Positions 57,226 through 64,000 of a stretch of 64,000 nt of DNA are shown in pieces. The translations under genes were made by a program, and so were the position numbers. The notes beneath the pieces were generated by a model. The model did no database searches, was not told where the DNA came from, and saw only the letters and a list, made by a program, of their open reading frames with translations. This DNA comes from an uncultured bacterium. GTDB lineage: Bacteria > Cloacimonadota > Cloacimonadia > Cloacimonadales > TCS61. How positions within the stretch are numbered: position 1 is the stretch's first letter; every line of letters begins with the position of its first letter. The DNA is taken from contig CBDUTJ010000006.1 of assembly GCA_965370415.1 (NCBI GenBank), positions 28,496 to 92,495 on the forward strand. Reading direction: 5' to 3'.

Positions 57226-58144
57226 ATACAAAATACTCTCTGGTCAATTTGATGTCTTTCTCTATCATGCCAATTAATTTATCTATACTCTCGAAATGCA
57301 ATTCATTCCTTAATTTCTTATGAAAAAATATTTCAACTGGAGTGTCATAAAGATCACCTTTAAAATCCAGGATATGTGTTTCGATTTCTTTGATGCCGGT
57401 GTTTTTAAGAGTAGGGCTGTATCCTACATTGGTAACAGCTTTGTATCTGCTGCCAAGAAATTCAGCTTCACAAATATATACACCTATTCCTGGAATAAGT
57501 TTATGATTATCTGCAGGGTGTAGATTAATGGTGGGAAAACCCAGTTCATGTCCAATACGATGTCCTGCTTTAACAACTCCTGATACGGAATATTTTCTCC
57601 CAAGAAACTCAGATGTATTTATCATATCACCTTCGCGTACCAGATCGCGGATAAATCTGCTACTAACTATTCTGTTGTTTATTTTATAAGGTTCGATAAT
57701 ATCCATTTCGTAACTGTATTTTTTTGAATTTTCCTCCAGAAACTGAAAATTACCAGATCGGTTTTTGCCAAAATGTGTGTCATAACCAATCATGATTGCC
57801 TTTGCTTTTACTTCACCAATAATTATTTTACAAAGAAAATCTTCTGCTGATAAATTCACCATATTTTCATTGAAATCAAGGTAAAGAACGAAATCGACAC
57901 CATGCTTCTTCAATAATTCTTCTTTCTTCTCTTTTTCTGTAAGCAGGTAAGGAAATGTAGATTTATGGATTGTTTCCAGAGGATGGTGATAATAAGTTAT
58001 CACAACTGCTTCTCCACCATGTTCCCTGGCTTTAATCTTTAATTCCTGCAGCAATTTTTGATGACCAAGGTGTACGCCATCGAAAGTTCCCATGGTAATA
58101 ACAGGAAAAGTAAAATTGCATTTCTGGTTTTTAAAATATTTCAT
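57194..58144 (-). CDS. ribF: Bifunctional riboflavin kinase / FMN adenylyltransferase
   Basis: Start moved to MKYFKN (ATGA overlap with the truB stop). GTFDGVHLGHQ, GYDTHFG and the PT.N..P motif. Confidence 0.85.
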   Translation of the reverse strand: MKYFKNQKCNFTFPVITMGTFDGVHLGHQKLLQELKIKAREHGGEAVVITYYHHPLETIHKSTFPYLLTEKEKKEELLKKHGVDFVLYLDFNENMVNLSAEDFLCKIIIGEVKAKAIMIGYDTHFGKNRSGNFQFLEENSKKYSYEMDIIEPYKINNRIVSSRFIRDLVREGDMINTSEFLGRKYSVSGVVKAGHRIGHELGFPTINLHPADNHKLIPGIGVYICEAEFLGSRYKAVTNVGYSPTLKNTGIKEIETHILDFKGDLYDTPVEIFFHKKLRNELHFESIDKLIGMIEKDIKLTREYFVSRPAWSRKRK

Positions 58145-59007
58145 AAAAATACGATCCTGGGTTTCAGCAGATTCCCGTCTATGGATGCAAATCCCAGACA
58201 TGTTCCTTTAGCATCCAAGATCATAATTTCCCCTACGTTTTCTGTGTCAACTTCGAATGGTCTTCCATTTTGAAAGTCGTTAAATTCATTTATAGAATTT
58301 ACTACTAATTTCGGTATATCTTTAAAAAATTGATTCAATGGAATCATGTGATCCTGCCAGTTCGTAGAGTTAATTTCATTTAAACTTACAGCCGACTCAA
58401 TTTTAATATCACCAATTTCTGTTCTTCGTAGTTCTACTGTAGTGGCAATTGTGTTCAGTTTTTCTGCGATAGTTTCCGTTAGTGAACGAATATAAGTACC
58501 TTTGCTTACTTTTGTTCTATATACAAGGTAAGGCAAATTCAATTCGGAAATCTCAAAAGAGAGAATTTTAATAGGTCTGGGCTTTAATTCAACCTGTTTA
58601 TTTGCTCGAGCAAGTTCATAAGCTTTTTTACCATTCACTTTAACAGCAGAAAACTTATGTGGAATCTGTTCTTCAATAGAAAGTATTTGCGGAATTGTTT
58701 TTATAATATTTGCTAATGTAAGTTTCGGAATAGCTTTCGTTTCAATGATAGAACCTGTATTATCACCAGTATTTGTTCTGATACCAAACTGCATAGTAAC
58801 AACATATTCCTTTTCTTTACTGCTAAGTTTGGAAGAAATCCGGGTGGCTTTACCAATGCATACAGGCAAGAGACCGCTGGCAAATGGATCGAGAGTTCCG
58901 GTATGACCGATTTTTCTTATTCCTGTGATCTTCCTGATCTTTTTTACAACATCAAAGGAGGTTATCCCAACAGGTTTATCGATCAAGATTATGCCATAAA
59001 CCGACAT
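58141..59007 (-). CDS. truB: tRNA pseudouridine(55) synthase
   Basis: GIILIDKP.G.TS and the catalytic GHTGTLDP motif. Confidence 0.9.
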   Translation of the reverse strand: MSVYGIILIDKPVGITSFDVVKKIRKITGIRKIGHTGTLDPFASGLLPVCIGKATRISSKLSSKEKEYVVTMQFGIRTNTGDNTGSIIETKAIPKLTLANIIKTIPQILSIEEQIPHKFSAVKVNGKKAYELARANKQVELKPRPIKILSFEISELNLPYLVYRTKVSKGTYIRSLTETIAEKLNTIATTVELRRTEIGDIKIESAVSLNEINSTNWQDHMIPLNQFFKDIPKLVVNSINEFNDFQNGRPFEVDTENVGEIMILDAKGTCLGFASIDGNLLKPRIVFL

Positions 59008-59994
59008 TTATAACTGTTCCCTGATATCTTCTAAAATTGTTTGTTTAATTGTATCAAGATTCCCTTTGATTTCACAGCCTGAAGCTTTTTTGTGCCCACC
59101 ACCACCATATTTTGTTGCAATCTTATTCACATCAACGTAATTTGAGCGTAAACTAAGACGATAACGATCTCTGTTCACTTCTTGAAAACAGATACCTATC
59201 TTCATGTTTTTTGTGCCTTTTACCCAGCGAGTAAGTTTGGTATTGGCCTTCAGATCCAGCCCGTTCCTTTGAAGCATATCCAAAGTGGAATCGATAAACA
59301 GAATCGTATCGTTATCAAATGTTTGAATTGAAGAGAGCACTTCACCAACAAACCGCATCTCATTGGCGGATTTACTTAGTAGAAACAACTCTGTTATCCT
59401 GCCCGGTTGAATATCGTACTTCATTAGCTTTGAACAAATAGCAAAAATCTCGGCATCGACATTGGTATTAAGAAAGTTATCTGTATCATTAAGTATGGAA
59501 GTGTAGATTGCCCTGGCTATGTATTGAGCAGATTCAGGGGGAAGAGCATCGATCTCATCCTCAAACATTTGAAAAATCATTGCACCAACACTTACAGTGT
59601 CTATATCTATAAAAGTATCTGAGTCAGGTATCAGCTCACCTTGAAGGTGATGATCGAGTGCAATAACCTTTTGAGAGAAAGGAATAAGAGGTTCGCATCT
59701 GCCAACCCGCTCTTTTTCGTGGCAATCAAGTATGATTAAAAGATCATAACGCAGGTTTTCGGAGAATACAATAGTCCTTCTTTCACCATCCAAAAAATCA
59801 TAAACAGCAGGAATTGGTTCTTCCAAAATAACATCGGCTTTCTTATTCCAGCAGGTAAGTAATTCCTGCATTGCCAGAGAAGCACCCAGACCATCTCCAT
59901 CTGGTGTTTTATGAGTAATTATTCCAATCGAATCATACTTGTTTATAGCCGCATTGAAATGCTGCTTCATGGTAACTAATTCTCTAATTCTCAT
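59008..59994 (-). CDS. nrnA: DHH/DHHA1 phosphoesterase (NrnA-like oligoribonuclease/pAp phosphatase)
   Basis: H..PDGDGLGA, DHH and GGGH..A.G motifs. Confidence 0.75.
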   Translation of the reverse strand: MRIRELVTMKQHFNAAINKYDSIGIITHKTPDGDGLGASLAMQELLTCWNKKADVILEEPIPAVYDFLDGERRTIVFSENLRYDLLIILDCHEKERVGRCEPLIPFSQKVIALDHHLQGELIPDSDTFIDIDTVSVGAMIFQMFEDEIDALPPESAQYIARAIYTSILNDTDNFLNTNVDAEIFAICSKLMKYDIQPGRITELFLLSKSANEMRFVGEVLSSIQTFDNDTILFIDSTLDMLQRNGLDLKANTKLTRWVKGTKNMKIGICFQEVNRDRYRLSLRSNYVDVNKIATKYGGGGHKKASGCEIKGNLDTIKQTILEDIREQL

Positions 59995-60341
59995 TTTTTA
60001 TTCTCATTATGGATCCTGGCAAATATATCATCCAAATGGCGCGCTTTTTCTTCTGTAGTATCAAATTCAAAGGAGAGTTCGGGAATTATCCGCATAAATT
60101 TTGCTGCTGCTATTTCACGTTTAATAAATCCAGCACTTTTTTTCAAAGCTGTTGCAACCGCATTTCTATTGTTAATATCGAGGTGAGAATAGTAGATTCT
60201 GCAATGCGAAAAATCATTGGAAAGCTGAAGGTGAGTGACTGTGACCATTGCCAGGTTCTTATCACGAAGTTTGAAATTAACCACGGTGCTGATCAATTTA
60301 AATAGTTCACTTTCCAGCCGTTGAATACGTATTCGAGCCAT
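59991..60341 (-). CDS. rbfA: Ribosome-binding factor A
   Basis: 116 aa. VT.....S.D...C.IYYS and IPEL.F..D pattern; sits downstream of infB. Confidence 0.8.
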   Translation of the reverse strand: MARIRIQRLESELFKLISTVVNFKLRDKNLAMVTVTHLQLSNDFSHCRIYYSHLDINNRNAVATALKKSAGFIKREIAAAKFMRIIPELSFEFDTTEEKARHLDDIFARIHNENKK

Positions 60342-60353
60342 TATTATTCCAGA

Positions 60354-62753
60354 TTATTTGTTAAGTTTTCGAGTTATTTCTTCTATTATGTAATTTTCAA
60401 TAATATCATTTTCTTTGATGTCATTATATCCTTTGACACCTATACCGCATTCGGAACCAGCCTTCACTTCATCCACTTCATCTGCATAGTGTTTCAAAGA
60501 AGAAAGTTCACCTTCATGGATCATGATATCATTCCTGTAAAGACGCACTTTCCCGGTGTTCTTAATAGTTCCCTTTGTTACTGCTACACCGGCAATAGTA
60601 CCTACATCTTTGATTTTGAAGACCTGTTTAATAACAGCGCTTCCCAGGAATACTTCCTTCAACTCAGGAGCTAGAAGACCCTGCATAGCCAGTTCAATAT
60701 CTTCGATTGCTTCGTAGATCACCTGGTAAAGTTTTATTTCTACTTTTTCTTCTTCCGCTAGTTTTTTTGCTATACTGTTCGCTCGAACATGAAAACCGAT
60801 TATAATAGCATCGGATGCAGAAGCAAGATTAATATCTGCTTCGTTTATACCGCCCACAGCTTTATGGATAATATTAACGATCACTTCATCTGTACTGAGT
60901 TTCTGAAAGGAATCGCATAATGCTTCCACTGAACCGTCTGTATCGGCTTTAACAATTAGTTTGATCTCGGACATTTCATGTTCTTTGATCTTCTGGAACA
61001 GATTATCGAGGTTGGTTTTAGTCTGATATTTTTCACGTTCACGGCGAATATTCATTCTCTCGGAACTTATCTGACGTGCAGTTTTTTCATTTTCTACCTG
61101 GTTCAGTATATCCCCCGCTTTAGGAACGCTGTTCAATCCAAATATCACAGCTACATCGGAAGATTGGATTTTCGTAATTTCTTTACCACGTTCATCTTCC
61201 ATTTTACGTACCTTCCCATAAGTAGCACCGCATACAATGCTGTCGCCTTTCTTCAGGATTCCTTCCTGCAACAGGATAGTAACGATTGTACCTATACGCT
61301 GATCTTTCATGGATTCAATGACAATACCTTTTCCATGTACTTTTTCAGGAGCTTTGAGTTCCTTCATTTCTGCCGAGAGAAGAATGGTATCCAACAATTC
61401 ATTAATACCTTCTCCTGTTTTAGCAGAACACTGTGTCCAGAGTATATCACCTCCATAGCTTTCCAGCATAACCTTCTGCGCCATCAGGTCTGAAATAGTT
61501 TTATCGATGTTGGCATCTTTCAGGTCGATCTTATTTATTGCAACGATAATAGTAACTCCAGCAGCTCTGGCATGATCTATTGCTTCGATGGTTTGCTTTT
61601 TTACACTTTCATTGGCAGCTACAACGATCACGGCAATATCGGTTACATTAGCTCCCCGTGCTCTCATGGCAGCAAATGCTTCATGTCCGGGAGTATCTAA
61701 GAATGTTATCTTCCTGTTGTCGTATTCTACTTGGTAAGCTCCAATATGCTGTGTAATTCCACCTGCTTCTCCTGCTACAACATTTGTAGAACGTATCCTG
61801 TCCAAAATAGCTGTTTTACCATGATCTACGTGTCCCATAATAGTTACTATCGGTGGTCTATGCACCTTTTCTACATCCAGTGTTTCCTCGATTTGTTCCT
61901 GCAATATTTCAGCACCGTATTCTTCCTGGAATTCAACGTCAAATTCAAATTCATGGCAGATCATCTCCAACGATTCTTTATCCAGACGTTGATTAATTGT
62001 AACCATTTGCCCCATCATAAAGAATTTTGAAATGATATCTGTGGCAGAGACATCCGTTAATTTTGCTAATTCACTTACAGAAGTAAATTCACTTATGACT
62101 ATCTTAATATCACCAAGTTCTGTATCTTTTTCTTCCTTTTTGTATTTCTTTTTCTTAGATGAAGAAGATAAAGTTTTACGAATGCTTTTGGTGATCTCAG
62201 CCTGTTCTATTTCAGTAGGAATGAATTTCTTTTTCCTGCCACCTTTTTTGAGACTTTTAAGTTTAGCTTGTAAATGCTTGTTTTTTTCTTCGAATTTTTT
62301 CGCTGTAGCTTTTTTATCATCTCTGAATTTCTTTTCAGGAATAATATCCGGTTGCGTTGGAGGAGCTTTGTAAACCATACCCGCAGCATCTCTCTTCCCG
62401 GGTTTAAACGAAGATTTCGTTGCTCTTATTTCAGATTTCTTTATGCTTTTTTCTACAAAAACGGAAATCTCTTCCCTCTTGGATTTTTCTATTTTTGCAA
62501 GTCTGTCCTTTTTAGCTTCATCTTTCTTTTTGTCAGCCAGAATGATTTTCTTGTGAATGATCCTTCTATCTTGCTGAAGCTGTTTAACAGCGCTCATCTC
62601 TTCGTTGAATCTGGCACGTAATTTCTTTACTACTTCATCATCCAAAGGACTCATGTGGCTTTTTACTATAACACCTAAGTCACCAAGGTGCTTTTTCAAA
62701 GCCGCAGTTGATATTTTGAATTCTTTTGCCAGCTCATGTACTCTGATAGACAT
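60354..62753 (-). CDS. infB: Translation initiation factor IF-2
   Basis: [13 protein letters not shown] and NKID GTPase motifs, with a Lys-rich N-terminal region. Confidence 0.95.
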   Translation of the reverse strand: MSIRVHELAKEFKISTAALKKHLGDLGVIVKSHMSPLDDEVVKKLRARFNEEMSAVKQLQQDRRIIHKKIILADKKKDEAKKDRLAKIEKSKREEISVFVEKSIKKSEIRATKSSFKPGKRDAAGMVYKAPPTQPDIIPEKKFRDDKKATAKKFEEKNKHLQAKLKSLKKGGRKKKFIPTEIEQAEITKSIRKTLSSSSKKKKYKKEEKDTELGDIKIVISEFTSVSELAKLTDVSATDIISKFFMMGQMVTINQRLDKESLEMICHEFEFDVEFQEEYGAEILQEQIEETLDVEKVHRPPIVTIMGHVDHGKTAILDRIRSTNVVAGEAGGITQHIGAYQVEYDNRKITFLDTPGHEAFAAMRARGANVTDIAVIVVAANESVKKQTIEAIDHARAAGVTIIVAINKIDLKDANIDKTISDLMAQKVMLESYGGDILWTQCSAKTGEGINELLDTILLSAEMKELKAPEKVHGKGIVIESMKDQRIGTIVTILLQEGILKKGDSIVCGATYGKVRKMEDERGKEITKIQSSDVAVIFGLNSVPKAGDILNQVENEKTARQISSERMNIRREREKYQTKTNLDNLFQKIKEHEMSEIKLIVKADTDGSVEALCDSFQKLSTDEVIVNIIHKAVGGINEADINLASASDAIIIGFHVRANSIAKKLAEEEKVEIKLYQVIYEAIEDIELAMQGLLAPELKEVFLGSAVIKQVFKIKDVGTIAGVAVTKGTIKNTGKVRLYRNDIMIHEGELSSLKHYADEVDEVKAGSECGIGVKGYNDIKENDIIENYIIEEITRKLNK

Positions 62754-62765
62754 ATTTCCTCCGGG

Positions 62766-63071
62766 CTAAACGATTAAGCTCAATATTCCCTTTGCAAAAT
62801 TCGAATCATTTACAGTCATAATTCCAGTTTCACGTATTTTAAATGCACTCCCGAAATTCTTTTTAGTACCTAATTCTATAATCTTTACGTTATTTGTTTG
62901 AACCATTTTAATCAAATTTTTCCGAGTATTTTGGGAGAGATCGGAAGCATAGATCACAAGTTTTGCATGAGAGCTAAAGCAGGCGCGCTCACAAGCATCA
63001 AAACCAAACTGCAGTTTACCTGCCTTTCTGGCTAAGTGCAATAAATTTAAGATCTTATTTTCCAACTTCAA
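62766..63071 (-). CDS. L7Ae/YlxQ-family RNA-binding protein
   Basis: 101 aa between ylxR and infB. L.LA.KAGK...G pattern. Confidence 0.65.
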   Translation of the reverse strand: MKLENKILNLLHLARKAGKLQFGFDACERACFSSHAKLVIYASDLSQNTRKNLIKMVQTNNVKIIELGTKKNFGSAFKIRETGIMTVNDSNFAKGILSLIV

Positions 63072-63300
63072 TCCTTTTTGTTTTCTTTAAATACTTACTC
63101 AACCACTTTTCCAGTTTCAGTAAACATTCATTATTATTGCAAACATAATAACCACGGCATGCCAATTTTTTTCTTATATCGAATACAATTTCTCTATCGA
63201 TAATAGCAAACCGCATTAACTCATCCTGCCTTGTTTTATTTTTACAAACCACACAGGTACGCTTGGGTATATGCCCTGCTTTAGATGATCTGTTTGGCAT
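63055..63300 (-). CDS. ylxR: YlxR/RnpM (DUF448) family protein
   Basis: RTCVVCK....Q.EL.RF motif; directly downstream of nusA. Confidence 0.75.
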   Translation of the reverse strand: MPNRSSKAGHIPKRTCVVCKNKTRQDELMRFAIIDREIVFDIRKKLACRGYYVCNNNECLLKLEKWLSKYLKKTKRIEVGK

Positions 63301-64000
63301 TAGAAATACTTTGATGATTCCTTGATCTTAGTTGCAGTTTTTTTGCCCAGACCTTCCAGGTTGCATAATTCTTCAGTGCTGGCCTCATAAATATCCTGAA
63401 CCGATGTATAACCGTGATTTTTTAAGACTTCTGCCACCTTAGAGGTTACCCCGTCAAGATCACTTACATGGCTGGTGATCCTTCTTTCTTCAGAGATCTT
63501 ATCCTCAAATTCTGTTTCCGTGTAAATATCGAGTTTGAAGTCAGTTAATTTTGCTGCCAGTTTTACGTTCTTACCTTTTTTCCCGATTGCCAAGTTTTTA
63601 TTAGCTTCATTTACAATGATACGGGCAAATTTACCTCTTTCAGCTAAATAAACTTTCTCGACGAGATCCGGTCCAATGGCATTTGCTATCAATTGCTCGG
63701 GAGATTCATCCCACAAAACGATATCGATCAGCTCGCCATTCAATTCTTTTCGAATTGATTCGATACGAACACCGTGCGGACCAAGACAAGCTGCGGTAGC
63801 ATCTATCTGGTTATCCAGCGAATGAACAGCTACTTTTGTTCGCATGCCTGGTTCACGAACGATCTTCTTAATTTCCACTTCATCTGCATTGATCTCCGGT
63901 ATTTCTGCTTCAAATAATTTCTTAACAAATTCCGGTCTGGTTCTGGACAAAAGGACAATAACATCATTTTTACGTTTACGGATGTTTATGACATAGGCAC
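63300..64000 (-). CDS. nusA: Transcription termination/antitermination factor NusA (N-terminal part outside window)
   Basis: Frame stays open past the listed TTG at 63950 to the window edge (..VINIRKRKNDVIVLLSRTRPEF..). Has EIPEI, KH-domain GP.G.R and a C-terminal HhH region. Confidence 0.9.
   Translation of the reverse strand, partial: AYVINIRKRKNDVIVLLSRTRPEFVKKLFEAEIPEINADEVEIKKIVREPGMRTKVAVHSLDNQIDATAACLGPHGVRIESIRKELNGELIDIVLWDESPEQLIANAIGPDLVEKVYLAERGKFARIIVNEANKNLAIGKKGKNVKLAAKLTDFKLDIYTETEFEDKISEERRITSHVSDLDGVTSKVAEVLKNHGYTSVQDIYEASTEELCNLEGLGKKTATKIKESSKYF

Overview
AT-rich bacterial chromosomal window (GC judged by eye, not computed). All protein calls rest on motif recognition in the supplied translations; no database or HMM search was run. 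An FCB-group, Cloacimonadota-like origin is my inference from T9SS-type C-terminal sorting domains and amino-acid-fermentation genes. The backbone is housekeeping. Left to right: an Omp85 fragment, an NYN-cold-shock fusion, Ppx/GppA, DAHP synthase, psuG-rlpA, M20 peptidase-dapB-dapF, a RodZ-like protein and a fused radical-SAM protein. Next is a tightly packed gltX-GNAT-holB-glnS-phoB-phoR string. A large phosphate cluster follows: porin, pstS, pstS, pstC, an 84-aa ORF, pstA, pstB, mgsA, pstS, phoU and a Na/Pi symporter. After that come the acyl-CoA mutase large subunit, an alpha-oxoamine synthase, surE-pcm, rocD, a ThiY-like ABC pair plus thiamine diphosphokinase, and a TPR protein. The window ends with the minus-strand nusA-ylxR-ylxQ-infB-rbfA-nrnA-truB-ribF-radA operon. 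Small, visibly more AT-rich accessory islets interrupt this backbone. They are DUF2971 + Zn-ribbon + seven-repeat surface lipoprotein (3.3-6.6 kb); five small secreted/lipoprotein genes (14.5-17.5 kb); MNT/HepT toxin-antitoxin, an FG-GAP-like secreted protein, a mini sigma factor and an OMP (24.7-28.1 kb); an XRE regulator, membrane proteins and a 500-bp structured spacer (38.1-39.8 kb); and a T9SS cargo gene plus a REP-associated tyrosine transposase (44.1-47.5 kb). The main non-gene signal is a dense population of extragenic palindromic hairpins in several sequence families, more than 25 copies. Some are assembled into a ~118-bp four-hairpin composite with 8-bp terminal inverted repeats. A RAYT-like HUH/Y1 transposase gene is itself flanked by the same hairpins. 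No rRNA, tRNA, CRISPR array, integrase or prophage was seen.
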